DNA from: Vicinamibacterales bacterium
GTDB taxonomy: Bacteria > Acidobacteriota > Vicinamibacteria > Vicinamibacterales > JAENWD01
Assembly (NCBI GenBank): GCA_036381155.1
Contig: DASVDJ010000035.1
Location: 137,755-201,754 of the forward strand
Reading direction: 5' to 3'
Length of the DNA stretch: 64,000 nucleotides
Part shown: one piece after another, positions 17,883 to 27,455 of the stretch
Numbering within the stretch: the first letter of the stretch is position 1
Layout of the letters: each line of letters begins with the position of its first letter
Notes under the pieces: model-generated
What the model was told of the DNA's origin: nothing
The model's input: only the letters and a program-made list of their open reading frames with translations
The model's database searches: none
Position numbers and translations under genes: made by a program

Positions 17883-19393
17883 GACTCGCAGCCTGCGGCG
17901 CCCTCCTCGCCCTGGTTGCCGGTGTCGCCACCCTTCCGGCATCCGACACGGCAACGCTCGGCTACTTCGAGCAGTCGGTCGACATCGGCGAGCCCGCTCG
18001 TGCCGGGACGGCCAGCTACGACCCGGCGACGCAGCGCTATACGATCGCCGGCGCCGGCACGAACATGTGGGGCACGCGCGACGAGTTCCGGTTCGTGTCG
18101 CGCCGCATGACCGGTGACTTCATCCTCCGCGCGCACGTCTCGTTCGTCGGCTCCGGCGTGGATCCGCACCGGAAGATCGGCTGGATGATCCGCCGCTCGC
18201 TCGATGCCGACTCCGCGTACGTGGACGCCGCGATTCACGGCGACGGGCTGGCGTCGCTCCAGTATCGCCGCAGCGCCGGCGCGGAGACGGGCCAGATCGA
18301 ATCCGCCGTCAAGGCCCCCGACGTCGTGCAGCTCGAACGGCGCGGCGGCACGTATCGCATGTCGGTCGCGCGGTTCGGCGAGCCGTTCACGACGACCGAG
18401 CTCACCGACCTCGATCTCGGCGACGCCGTGCATGTCGGGCTGTTCGTCTGCTCGCACAACCCGGACGTGACCGAGACGGCCATCTTCTCGAACGTCCGGA
18501 TCGTCGTGCCGCCACCGGCCGGCTGGCGGCCCTATCGCGACTACATCGGCAGCAACCTCGAGGTGATGACGGTCGCGGACGGCGCGCGGACGGTGGTGCA
18601 CACCACGACCGACTCGCTCCAGGCGCCGAACTGGACGACCGACGGGCGCGCGCTGATCTACAACCATCAGGGCCGTCTCTTCCGGTTCGATCTCGCCACG
18701 CGGATCCCCACCGTGATCGACACCGGATTCGCGACGCGCCACAACAACGACCACGTGCTCTCGTTCGACGGCACGATGCTCGGCATCAGCCATCACAGCG
18801 CCGACGACGAGGGGCGTTCCGTGATCTACACCGTGCCCGTGACGGGCGGCGTGCCGAAGCGCGTCACCGCGAAGTCGCCGTCCTATCTCCACGGCTGGTC
18901 CCCCGACAAGCGCTTCCTCGTCTACACGGGACAGCGCGACGGCGAGCTCGACATCTACCGCATCCCCGCCGAGGGAGGCGAGGAAGTGCGGCTGACGACG
19001 GCGCCCGGTGTGGACGACGGGTCCGAGTACACGCCGGACGGCCGGTGGATCTACTTCAACTCCATGCGGACCGGACGCATGCAGATCTGGCGGATGCGAC
19101 CCGACGGCAGCGCGCAGGAGCAGATCACGGGCGACGGGTTCAACAACTGGTTCCCGCACATCGCGCCCGATGGACGGTCGATGGTGGTGCTGTCGTACGG
19201 GCAGGACGTCGAGCCGGCCGACCACCCGTTCTACCGGCATGTCTACCTGCGCCACATGGCGCTCGACGGGAGCGGCGCGAAGGTGATCGCGTACGTCTTC
19301 GGCGGGCAGGGTACGATCAACGTGCCGTCGTGGTCACCCGACGGCACCCGGATCGCGTTCGTCAGCAACACGGCGCTGCCGGCGCCGCACTGA
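17879..19393 (+). CDS. Exported protein with N-terminal concanavalin/LamG-like domain and C-terminal PD40 (TolB-like) beta-propeller
   Basis: 504 aa. GTG start overlaps the cupin stop (GTGA). Signal peptide present. The C-terminal half has repeated PD40-type blades (WSPDKRFLVYTG, YTPDGRWIYFNS, APDGRSMVVLSY, WSPDGTRIAFVS). Confidence 0.85.
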   Translation: MRLAACGALLALVAGVATLPASDTATLGYFEQSVDIGEPARAGTASYDPATQRYTIAGAGTNMWGTRDEFRFVSRRMTGDFILRAHVSFVGSGVDPHRKIGWMIRRSLDADSAYVDAAIHGDGLASLQYRRSAGAETGQIESAVKAPDVVQLERRGGTYRMSVARFGEPFTTTELTDLDLGDAVHVGLFVCSHNPDVTETAIFSNVRIVVPPPAGWRPYRDYIGSNLEVMTVADGARTVVHTTTDSLQAPNWTTDGRALIYNHQGRLFRFDLATRIPTVIDTGFATRHNNDHVLSFDGTMLGISHHSADDEGRSVIYTVPVTGGVPKRVTAKSPSYLHGWSPDKRFLVYTGQRDGELDIYRIPAEGGEEVRLTTAPGVDDGSEYTPDGRWIYFNSMRTGRMQIWRMRPDGSAQEQITGDGFNNWFPHIAPDGRSMVVLSYGQDVEPADHPFYRHVYLRHMALDGSGAKVIAYVFGGQGTINVPSWSPDGTRIAFVSNTALPAPH

Positions 19394-19409
19394 CAGCGTG
19401 AATCGGTGG

Positions 19410-19439
19410 AAAAGCAAAAGGCCGGTTCGAGAGCCGGCC
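19410..19439 (-). terminator. Rho-independent terminator downstream of tRNA-Pro
   Basis: On the minus strand: GGCCGG-CTCTCGAA-CCGGCC hairpin followed by TTTTGCTTTT. It lies 10 nt after the tRNA 3' end and also sits 17 nt after the stop of the convergent plus-strand gene. Confidence 0.6.
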
Positions 19440-19448
19440 GGAGAGAGA

Positions 19449-19525
19449 TGGTCGGGACGACTGGATTCGAACCAGCGACCCCCTGAACCCCATTCAGGTG
19501 CGCTACCAGACTGCGCTACGTCCCG
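19449..19525 (-). tRNA. tRNA-Pro (anticodon GGG), CCA encoded
   Basis: Hand-folded 77-nt cloverleaf. Acceptor CGGGACG/CGTCCCG. D-arm GCGC-AGTCTGGTA-GCGC. Anticodon arm CCTGA-ATGGGGT-TCAGG (U33, GGG, G37). Variable loop GGGTC. T-arm GCTGG-TTCGAAT-CCAGT. Discriminator A, then CCA. Confidence 0.95.
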
Positions 19526-19535
19526 ACTCCGAAAC

Positions 19536-20012
19536 CTACGATGACCGGCGGCGCTTCGACGTCCGCCGCGGCGCACCGGAGGCGCTCGCCTCGACCGGCT
19601 CCGCCTCGGCGGCCTTTGCCGTCCGCTGCGGCAGCGGCGCGCTCAGCATGCCCAGCAGCTCCCGCAGCCCCGACCGCACGGCCTCGAGGCGCTGACGCGC
19701 TTCGGGCGCGAGTCCCGCGGGCGCCGGAACATCGTCGAACGGCAGCTCATCGCTGGGCTGGCGCTCTTCTTCCAGCTTCCTCCGCGCCCCCGCCAGCGTC
19801 AAGCCCTCGCCGAACACCAGCTGCTTGATCCGCAGCACGCGGTCGAGGTCCGTCGGCCGGTAGAGACGCGGACCTCCGGGCGTGCGGGCGACTCCGAGGT
19901 CCGGGAACTCCATCTCCCAGGTCCGCAGCACATACGGCTGGACCTGAGCGCGGTCGCAGACATCGGAGGCCTTCAGCCACGTGCGTCGGGGCGATTCCGC
20001 AGCCTGGGGCAT
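19536..20012 (-). CDS. MerR-family transcriptional regulator
   Basis: Trimmed to the ATG at 20012 (the track ORF begins at a TTG 9 nt upstream). N-terminal MerR-type HTH (LKASDVCDRAQVQPYVLRTWEMEF ... RLYRPTDLDRVLRIKQLVFGEGLTLAGARRKL). Low-complexity C-terminus. Confidence 0.85.
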   Translation of the reverse strand: MPQAAESPRRTWLKASDVCDRAQVQPYVLRTWEMEFPDLGVARTPGGPRLYRPTDLDRVLRIKQLVFGEGLTLAGARRKLEEERQPSDELPFDDVPAPAGLAPEARQRLEAVRSGLRELLGMLSAPLPQRTAKAAEAEPVEASASGAPRRTSKRRRSS

Positions 20013-20077
20013 CGGCACCAAGAATGATCGCGGCCGTCAGAGCCGACCCGAAGTATACCATCCCGCCACGCCGCCTC

Positions 20078-21418
20078 TCACTTGGCGCGCCGCCGCACCT
20101 GGATGCGGATCGGCGTGCCGACGAAGCCGAACGCGTCGCGGATCTGGTTCACGAGGAAGCGCTCGTACGAGAAGTGAAACGAGGTCGCGACGTTCGTGAA
20201 AAAGACGAATGTCGGCGGCGCAACGCCTGTCTGCGCCGCGTAGAGAATCCGCACCTGGCGCCGCCCGGGGCTCGCCGGCGGGTGCACGGCGGTGACCGCC
20301 TGGACGAAGCGGTTCACCTCCGCGGTCGCCACGCGCTTCAGCCGCGCGGCCGCCACCTTGTCGACCCACTCCAGCAGCTTCGGCAGCCGCTCCCCCGTTG
20401 CCGCCGACAGGTGCAGCACCGGCGCGTAGTCCAGGAACTTCAGCTTCTGCCGCAGCTGTGCGTCGAACTCGCGCGAGAAGCCGGGGCCCCGGTCCTTCAT
20501 CAGGTCCCACTTGTTCGCGGCGATGATGATCCCGCAGCCGAGCCGATCGGCCTCGCCGGCGATCGCCGCGTCCTGATCGGTGGCGCCGACGGCGCTGTCG
20601 ATGACCAGCACCACCACGTCGGCCCGCTCGACGGCGCGCCGCGCGACCAGGACGCTCAGCGACTCGAGCGGCCCCGCCCGCCCGACCTTGCCCGGCCGCC
20701 GCATCCCGGCGGTGTCCACGATCCGGAAATCGCGCCGGTGCCAGCGAACCACCGCGTCGACCGCATCACGCGTCGTCCCCGGCACCTCGCTGACGAGCAT
20801 CCGCTCTTCGCGGAGCAACCGGTTCACCAGCGACGACTTCCCCGCGTTCGGCCGCCCGACGACGGCGATGGCGGTCTCGCGTTCCTCACGCTCGTGGGGT
20901 GCCGCCGCGGGCGCACGCCGCAGGCGGGCGACGATCTCGTCGAGCAGTTCGTGGACGCCGAGCCCGTGCTCTCCTGAGATCTCGAACACCGGATCGAGCC
21001 CGAGCTCGTAGAACTGCGCGACGGCCTCGCGGGCCTGCTTCGCGTCGATCTTGTTGACAGCGGCGAGAATCGGCTTGCCGGTCGCCCGCAGCCGGCCGGC
21101 GATGTCCTGGTCGCCGGCGACCAGCCCCTGCTGGCCGTCGAGGACGAGCACGAGCAGGTCGGCAGCGTTGATGGCCTCCTGCCCCTTCTCGGCCACGAGC
21201 TCGTGCAGCGGGTCCTCGGTCGCGCCGAACATGCCGCCGGTGTCGAGCAGCGAGAACTCGACCCCCTGCCAGCTCGCCGTCGCCTCGATCAGGTCGCGCG
21301 TGGTCCCGGGCACATCGGTGACAATCGCGCGGCGGGTTCCGGTGATCCTGTTGAAAAGAGTGGACTTGCCGACATTGGGTCGGCCGACGAGCACGACGAG
21401 CGGCAGACGACGGGCCAC
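20078..21418 (-). CDS. der: Ribosome-associated GTPase Der (EngA)
   Basis: 446 aa. Two tandem GTPase domains (VLVGRPNVGKSTLFNR ... DTGG; AVVGRPNAGKSSLVNR ... DTAG) plus a KH-like C-terminus. Confidence 0.95.
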   Translation of the reverse strand: MARRLPLVVLVGRPNVGKSTLFNRITGTRRAIVTDVPGTTRDLIEATASWQGVEFSLLDTGGMFGATEDPLHELVAEKGQEAINAADLLVLVLDGQQGLVAGDQDIAGRLRATGKPILAAVNKIDAKQAREAVAQFYELGLDPVFEISGEHGLGVHELLDEIVARLRRAPAAAPHEREERETAIAVVGRPNAGKSSLVNRLLREERMLVSEVPGTTRDAVDAVVRWHRRDFRIVDTAGMRRPGKVGRAGPLESLSVLVARRAVERADVVVLVIDSAVGATDQDAAIAGEADRLGCGIIIAANKWDLMKDRGPGFSREFDAQLRQKLKFLDYAPVLHLSAATGERLPKLLEWVDKVAAARLKRVATAEVNRFVQAVTAVHPPASPGRRQVRILYAAQTGVAPPTFVFFTNVATSFHFSYERFLVNQIRDAFGFVGTPIRIQVRRRAK

Positions 21419-21526
21419 GCCGGGATTGTAGCGGAGTCTGCTTGCCGCCCCTGTGGCGGGCGAAACCGCGGTGCCGTCCCGGAATCGTTGCCCCGGAGAC
21501 CGGGAAACGGGGTTTCCAGCAGGGTG

Positions 21527-21555
21527 TTGACACTCTAAGTCTTTATCTTTATGCT
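21527..21555 (+). promoter_or_regulatory. Near-consensus sigma-70 promoter for the IHF/HU-family gene
   Basis: TTGACA (21527..21532), 17-nt spacer, TATGCT (21550..21555), within a locally AT-rich patch. ATG at 21582. Confidence 0.6.
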
Positions 21556-21581
21556 ACTTAACCGATACCGAGATTAGCCGC

Positions 21582-21851
21582 ATGATCAAGCTCGACATCG
21601 TGAACGAGGTCTCGAGGGTCGCCGATATCACCAAGGTCAAGGCCGAGCTGGCGGTGGACGCCGTGTTCGACGCGATGCGCGTGTCCATGCAACGCGGCGA
21701 GCGGATCGAGCTGCGCGGCTTCGGCGTCTTCCAGGTGAAGCCGCGGAAGCGCGGGATCGGCCGGAACCCGCGGACCGGCAAGGAAGTCCGGATTCCCCCG
21801 GGCCGCACGATCCGGTTCAAGCCTGGCAAGGAGCTCCAGAACATCAGCTAG
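21582..21851 (+). CDS. IHF/HU-family DNA-binding protein
   Basis: 89 aa. Motifs: RIELRGFGVFQVKPRKRGIGRNPRTGKEVRIPPGRTIRFKPGKEL (the beta-arm with conserved RNP-TG). Confidence 0.9.
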   Translation: MIKLDIVNEVSRVADITKVKAELAVDAVFDAMRVSMQRGERIELRGFGVFQVKPRKRGIGRNPRTGKEVRIPPGRTIRFKPGKELQNIS

Positions 21852-21869
21852 CCGGACGCGGGCGGCGCG

Positions 21870-22916
21870 ATGCCGCCCCCTTTCGCGATTGGCTGCGCGC
21901 CGGCGCCCGTGAGTTCCAACGTTCCCCCTTCACTGCCCTTTCGCCCTTTCGAGGACGAGTACCGCTCCGGAGGCTGGCCCGAACACCCGCCGCCGCAGCT
22001 GCTGGCCCAGCCGCGGCGCCCGAGCCGGGTGTGGCTCCACGTCACGCTGTTCCTGCTCACGCTCGTCACGACGTGGCTGACGGGGGTCGACCACTACGCC
22101 GGCTTCCTCAGCGACTTCAACCCCGGATTCCGGGCGGGTTTCCTCGAGCTCCTGCCGCACGGGGTCTGGTACAGCGCGACGATTCTCGCGATCCTCGGGT
22201 CGCACGAGATGGGCCACTATCTGGCCTGCCGGTACTACCGGATCGACGCGACGCTGCCGTTCTTCATCCCGATCTACGGCGTGCTCACGGGCACCTTCGG
22301 CGCGGTAATCCGGATTCGCGAGCCGATCCTCGCCAAGCGCGCGCTCTTCGACATCGGCATCGCCGGGCCGATCGCCGGCTTCGTCGTCGCGGTGCCGGCG
22401 CTGTTCGGCGGCATTGCGCTCTCGCGGCTCGTGCCGGCGCCCACGCAGCTCGAGGGGGTGCTCACGCTGGGCGAGCCGCTGCTGTTCCAGTGGGCGACCT
22501 GGCTTGTCTGGGGTACGCCGCCGGACGGCCTCGTGCTGAACATGCACCCGATGGCGTTTGCCGCCTGGTTCGGGCTGCTCGCCACCGCGCTCAACCTCTT
22601 CCCCATCGCGCAGCTCGACGGCGGCCACATCTCGTATGCGGTGTTCGGACCGCGCTCGACGCTGATCACCTATGCGACGCTGGGGGTCGCGATCGTCCTG
22701 ACGTCCATCTCGATGAGCTGGCTGGTGTGGACGCTGATGATCGTCGCGATGTTGTGGCTCGCGGGCGCGCGGCATCCGCGTGTCCTCGACGAGGACGTGC
22801 CGCTCGATCGGACGCGGACCGTCCTCGCCATCCTGGCCGCGGTGATCTTCGTGCTCTGCTTCACGCCGGCGCCGATCGAGCTGGCCGATCTCGTCTCGTC
22901 GCAACCGGGGAACTGA
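21870..22916 (+). CDS. M50-family site-2 protease (membrane metalloprotease)
   Basis: 348 aa. HEMGHYLACR (HExxH). Second metal-ligand motif NLFPIAQLDGGH. Multiple TM helices. Confidence 0.85.
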   Translation: MPPPFAIGCAPAPVSSNVPPSLPFRPFEDEYRSGGWPEHPPPQLLAQPRRPSRVWLHVTLFLLTLVTTWLTGVDHYAGFLSDFNPGFRAGFLELLPHGVWYSATILAILGSHEMGHYLACRYYRIDATLPFFIPIYGVLTGTFGAVIRIREPILAKRALFDIGIAGPIAGFVVAVPALFGGIALSRLVPAPTQLEGVLTLGEPLLFQWATWLVWGTPPDGLVLNMHPMAFAAWFGLLATALNLFPIAQLDGGHISYAVFGPRSTLITYATLGVAIVLTSISMSWLVWTLMIVAMLWLAGARHPRVLDEDVPLDRTRTVLAILAAVIFVLCFTPAPIELADLVSSQPGN

Positions 22917-22943
22917 CGGCACCGCCCCCGACCCGGGGCGCCG

Positions 22944-25373
22944 CTACAGGAGGCCGACCGGATCGACGTCGACGGTGACCCGGCGCCGGAGCTCCGGGGT
23001 GGCGGCGGCAAGCGTGGTCCGCAGCGCTTCGCGGGTCGCCGTGCGCTGGCGAGTCTTCAGGAAGATCTGCGCGCGATACTCACCGCGGAGGCGTGCGAGC
23101 GGCGCCGGCGCCGGTCCCAGCAACGCGAAGGCGCGCCCTCCGTGCTGCCTGAGCTGCGCGGCCAGGTCCGCGGCGTCCTGCATCGCGCGAGCGTAGCTCG
23201 GTCCCCGCACGATCAGGTTCACCAGGCCGACGGCCGGCGGATAGAGCATGGCGCGGCGGTAGCGCAGCTCCTCGACGTAGAACGCCTCGTAGTCCTGCCC
23301 ACACGCCAGCCTGATGCTGTAGTGGTCGGGATGCACCGTCTGGATGATGGCCTCCCCCGGCACGTCGCCGCGCCCGGCCCGTCCGGCGACCTGGGTGAGC
23401 AGCTGGAAGGTGCGCTCGGCAGCCCGGAAGTCGGCGACGCCGAGCCCCACGTCCGCCGACACGACCCCGACGAGCGTCACCCGCGGGAAGTCGTGCCCCT
23501 TCGCCAGCATCTGCGTGCCGACGATCACGTCGAGCGCGCCGTTCCGGAACCGATCGAGCAGCGCCTGCAGCGCGCCGCGGCGCTGCGTCGTGTCGCGATC
23601 CAGCCGCGCCGCGCGGATCCCGGGGAACAGCCGCTCGACCTCCTCCAGCACGCGCGCCGTGCCGAAGCCGAGCTGCTCCAGGTACGGCGCGGCGCACTTG
23701 ACGCAGGCCGCCGGGACACGCATCGAGTAGTTGCAGTAGTGGCAGACCGCGCGGGAGTGCCCGCCGGCCGACCGATGCACGGTCAGCGAGACGCTGCAGT
23801 TCGGGCACTCCAGCACGTGCGCGCACTGCCGGCACATGACCGACGTCGCCATGCCGCGCCGGTTGAGCAGCAGCAGCGCCGCCTCCCCCGCCGCGCGCCG
23901 CGCCTCGATGGCGGTGATCAGATCGCGGCTGAGGATCACGTCCGGTCCCGATGCGGCGTACTCCTGTCGCATGTCGACGACGCGTACTGCAGCGAGCGGC
24001 CGATCCAGCACTCGACGTGTGAGGACGACCCTGGCGTAACGTCCCGACTCGCTGTTGGCGCGGGTCTCCATCGAGGGCGTCGCCGAGCCGAGGACCACGA
24101 GCGCTCCGGCGTTCCTGGCGCGGACGATCGCGACGTCCCGGCCGTTGTATCGCGGCGACTCGTCCTGCTTGTACGAGCCGTCGTGCTCCTCGTCGACGAT
24201 GACGAGCCCGAGGTCCGGGAGCGGCGCGAAGACCGCGGAGCGTGTGCCGACGACGAGGTCGACGTCACCCCGCCGGATGCGGTGCCACTGGTCGTGACGC
24301 GCGCCGTCCGGCAACCCGCTGTGCTGGACCGCCACGCGGGATCCGAACGCCGCGCGAAAGAGCGCAGCCACCTGCGGAGTCAGTCCGATCTCCGGCACGA
24401 GCACGAGCACGCGGCGTCCCGCGTCGAGCGCGCGCCGGGCAAGCCGCAGGTACACCTCGGTCTTGCCGCTGCCCGTCACCCCCTGCAGCAGCGCGACCTC
24501 GTACGCGCGTGCGTCGAGCCGCGTGCCCAGGTCGTCGAGCGCCGCGGCCTGCTCCGCCGTAACGGGCCGGTCCGGACACCACTCCACCACGGTGACGGTC
24601 GCGAACGGATCGCGCTCACGCCGCTCCTCACGCAGATGGACCAGTCCCCGGGCTGCAAGGCGGCGGAGCGTTCCGAGGTCGACGCCGCGCTCGCGCAGCG
24701 CCGAGGCCGGAGCCCCCTGGGGCAGCGATGCCAGCATCTCCAGCGCCGCGCGCTGGCGTCGGCCCAGCGGCACCGCCCCTTCCGCCCCACCGGCCGCCGC
24801 GCTCTGCCCCGCGGCGGTTGCCATCGCGACAAACTCGGTCACCGACGCGTCGGCGCGGCCGGCCAGCCGTTCCACCCGTTCGACGAGCCCCGCGCGTTCG
24901 AGCGCCCGGAGCGCCGATCCGATCCGGGACGCAGGCCCGAGCCTCGAGAGCGCGCTGGCAGTACGAGGTCCGCCGGCAATGCGCTCCAGGATCGCCGACT
25001 CCAGCGGATCGCGGGGCCGTGCGAGGCGCCCGGCGGCGGTGATCCGGAACCGCCGCTCGCTCGTCACCCACGCCCCGGGAGGCATCGCCGCCGCAATCGC
25101 GTCGCCGGGCCCGCAGAGGTAGTACTCGGCCACCCACAACGCGAGATCGACCACGTCGTCCGGAAGGAACGGCGTGTCGTCGAGCACGTCGAGCAGCGCG
25201 CGGACATCGCCGCGCGCGGGCTCCTCGGCCGGACCGAGTACGCATCCGGTCAGCGTGCGGCTTCCAAGCGGCACGAGTACACGCGCGCCTCGCGGCGGGA
25301 TGCCGAGATCCGGCGGACACGCGTAGGTCAGCGCGGGAAGGTTGGGAACGGGAACGGCGACCTGGACGAACAT
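22944..25373 (-). CDS. priA: Primosomal replication-restart helicase PriA
   Basis: 809 aa. Walker A GVTGSGKTEVY. DEEHD box. Zinc-binding insert CRQCAHVLECPNCSVSLTVHR...CHYCNY...CVKC. Confidence 0.95.
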   Translation of the reverse strand: MFVQVAVPVPNLPALTYACPPDLGIPPRGARVLVPLGSRTLTGCVLGPAEEPARGDVRALLDVLDDTPFLPDDVVDLALWVAEYYLCGPGDAIAAAMPPGAWVTSERRFRITAAGRLARPRDPLESAILERIAGGPRTASALSRLGPASRIGSALRALERAGLVERVERLAGRADASVTEFVAMATAAGQSAAAGGAEGAVPLGRRQRAALEMLASLPQGAPASALRERGVDLGTLRRLAARGLVHLREERRERDPFATVTVVEWCPDRPVTAEQAAALDDLGTRLDARAYEVALLQGVTGSGKTEVYLRLARRALDAGRRVLVLVPEIGLTPQVAALFRAAFGSRVAVQHSGLPDGARHDQWHRIRRGDVDLVVGTRSAVFAPLPDLGLVIVDEEHDGSYKQDESPRYNGRDVAIVRARNAGALVVLGSATPSMETRANSESGRYARVVLTRRVLDRPLAAVRVVDMRQEYAASGPDVILSRDLITAIEARRAAGEAALLLLNRRGMATSVMCRQCAHVLECPNCSVSLTVHRSAGGHSRAVCHYCNYSMRVPAACVKCAAPYLEQLGFGTARVLEEVERLFPGIRAARLDRDTTQRRGALQALLDRFRNGALDVIVGTQMLAKGHDFPRVTLVGVVSADVGLGVADFRAAERTFQLLTQVAGRAGRGDVPGEAIIQTVHPDHYSIRLACGQDYEAFYVEELRYRRAMLYPPAVGLVNLIVRGPSYARAMQDAADLAAQLRQHGGRAFALLGPAPAPLARLRGEYRAQIFLKTRQRTATREALRTTLAAATPELRRRVTVDVDPVGLL

Positions 25374-25410
25374 GGCGGAGCAGGCAGCGTGGGCACCCGG
25401 GACACCGGCC

Positions 25411-26205
25411 CTACGCCTCCGCCAGGAGCTTCATCACCTGCTTCATGTCCTCCCAGACCTCCCGCTTCGCCGCCGGATTGCGCAGCAGATACGAGGGGTG
25501 GAAGGTCGGCATCACGGGGACGCCGTCGACGTGGTGGAAGCGGCCGCGCAGCCGTGAAATCGGCGTCTCGGTCCGCAGCAGCGTCTGCGCCGCGAACTTG
25601 CCGAGCGCGACGATGACCTGCGGCCTGATCGAGGCGATCTGGGCGCGCAGGAACGGCGAGCATGCCGCGATCTCGTCCGGCTCCGGGTTCCGGTTGCCGG
25701 GAGGACGGCACTTCACGACGTTGGCGATGTACACCTGGTCGCGCGCGTAGCCCATCGCCTTGATGATCTGCGTCAGCAGCTGCCCCGCTCGCCCCACGAA
25801 CGGCTCCCCCTGCTGGTCTTCCTCGGCCCCCGGCCCCTCGCCGACGAACATCAGCCGCGCCTCGGGATTGCCGACGCCGAACACGAGGTTCGTGCGCCCT
25901 GCATGCAGCTTGCACCGGGTGCACTCGCCGATCTCCTCGCGGATACGGCGCAACCGTTCGTCGGGCGGCAGCGCCTGGTCGACGACCGGCACGACACGCT
26001 CTGTGGTCCCCCCCTCGCCGTGGTCTCCGGCGACGGCGGTCGCACCGGTCTCTGCCGCGGACTCTGCGTCGCCGGGCTGGTCGTTCGCGACGGCCGCGGG
26101 CGGATCGCCGCTGCGCTGACGCCAGCGCGGGTCGCGCGAGAAGCCCGTGGCGCCGAGCTCGCTGAAGTAGCGCAGGTGTGCGGCGAGGTCCCTGGACGTG
26201 CTCAT
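25411..26205 (-). CDS. Uracil-DNA glycosylase, family 4
   Basis: Trimmed to the ATG at 26205, which overlaps the coaBC stop (ATGA). Motifs: [39 protein letters not shown]. About 75-aa low-complexity N-terminal extension. Confidence 0.9.
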   Translation of the reverse strand: MSTSRDLAAHLRYFSELGATGFSRDPRWRQRSGDPPAAVANDQPGDAESAAETGATAVAGDHGEGGTTERVVPVVDQALPPDERLRRIREEIGECTRCKLHAGRTNLVFGVGNPEARLMFVGEGPGAEEDQQGEPFVGRAGQLLTQIIKAMGYARDQVYIANVVKCRPPGNRNPEPDEIAACSPFLRAQIASIRPQVIVALGKFAAQTLLRTETPISRLRGRFHHVDGVPVMPTFHPSYLLRNPAAKREVWEDMKQVMKLLAEA

Positions 26206-27422
26206 GCGCGGGTCGGAGTCTGCGCGCGGCTGGAGAGCCACGACTCGAGCCGGTCGACGATCGTCGCGGCAACCGCGCGCTTCGACGCCAGCGGCACCGT
26301 CTCCTCGCCGCCCGGGCCGATGATCGTGACGACGTTGGCGTCGACCTCGAAGCCGGCGTCGGTCCGCGACACATCGTTCGCGACGATGACGTCGATGCCC
26401 TTCTTCTCGCGCTTCGCGCGGGCACGGGGCACGACGTCGTGCGTCTCGGCCGCAAAGCCCACGAGCAGCGGCGACGACCGGCGCTCGCGCGCGCGCCAGG
26501 CCGCGGCGTCGGCCAGGATGTCGGCGGTCGGCTTCAGGCGGAGGACCAGCTCCGACGCGTCGTGCGGCAGCTTCTGCGCGGCCGGCGCCTCGGGCGTGTA
26601 GTTCGCCACGGCCGCCGCCATGATCAGCGCGTCGGCGCCGGCGAGCCGCTCGTGGACCGCGCGGTGCATCTCCGCAGCCGAGCGCACGCGCACCAGTTCG
26701 ACCGGTGGCGGCGTCAGCGCCGTCGGGCCGGTGATCAGCGTGACGGCAGCCCCGCGCCGGGCCGCCTCTGCGGCAATCGCGTACCCCATGCGGCCGCTGG
26801 ACCGGTTACCGACGAACCGGACCGGATCGATGTCCTCGCACGTCGGCCCGGCGGTCACCAGAATCCGCCGGCCGGCAAGCGTGCCCGCCCCCGCGAGCAC
26901 CCGTTCGGCCGCAGCGACGACGTCGGCCGGCTCCGCCAGCCGTCCACGCCCGATCCAGCCGCACGCCAGATAGCCTTCACCCGGCTCGACGACCTGGACG
27001 CCGCGCGACGTCAGGATCTCGAGGTTCCGCTGCACGGCGGGGTGCGCCAGCATGTTGCTGTTCATCGCCGGCGCGATCAGCACGGGGGCCGGCGTGGCCA
27101 GATAGAGCGCCGACAGGAAGTCGTCCGCGATGCCGCCGGCCATCTTCCCGATGATGTTGGCCGTGGCCGGCGCGATGAGCAGCAGCGCGATGTCGGACGC
27201 CAGGCGGATGTGCTCGATGTCGGCGTTGGCCCCGGGCCGCCACTGCGTCGTGACGACCGGGTGTCTCGTGATCGCCTCGAAGGTCACCTCGCCGACGAAG
27301 CGCCGCGCCGATCGCGTCATCACCGCGACGACGTCGTGGCCGGCCTTCTGCAGTCCGCGCGCGACCTCGACGGCCTTGTACGCGCCGATGCCGCCGGAGA
27401 CGCCCAGTGCGATGAGAGCCAT
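26202..27422 (-). CDS. coaBC: Bifunctional phosphopantothenoylcysteine decarboxylase / phosphopantothenate-cysteine ligase
   Basis: 406 aa. N-terminal flavoprotein domain (IALGVSGGIGAYKAVEVARGL, PAMNSNM). C-terminal ligase domain (ILVTAGPTCEDIDPVRFVGNRSSGRMG). Confidence 0.95.
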   Translation of the reverse strand: MALIALGVSGGIGAYKAVEVARGLQKAGHDVVAVMTRSARRFVGEVTFEAITRHPVVTTQWRPGANADIEHIRLASDIALLLIAPATANIIGKMAGGIADDFLSALYLATPAPVLIAPAMNSNMLAHPAVQRNLEILTSRGVQVVEPGEGYLACGWIGRGRLAEPADVVAAAERVLAGAGTLAGRRILVTAGPTCEDIDPVRFVGNRSSGRMGYAIAAEAARRGAAVTLITGPTALTPPPVELVRVRSAAEMHRAVHERLAGADALIMAAAVANYTPEAPAAQKLPHDASELVLRLKPTADILADAAAWRARERRSSPLLVGFAAETHDVVPRARAKREKKGIDVIVANDVSRTDAGFEVDANVVTIIGPGGEETVPLASKRAVAATIVDRLESWLSSRAQTPTRA

Positions 27423-27455
27423 GGTGATATCCCGGGCTGGCCGGGTGCCTGCGCG

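Noticed and set aside
19394-19535. tRNA-Pro locus as a possible genomic-island integration site.
   Set aside because: There is no integrase, no direct repeat of the tRNA 3' end, and the flanking genes (MerR, der, PD40 protein) look like core genes of the same composition.
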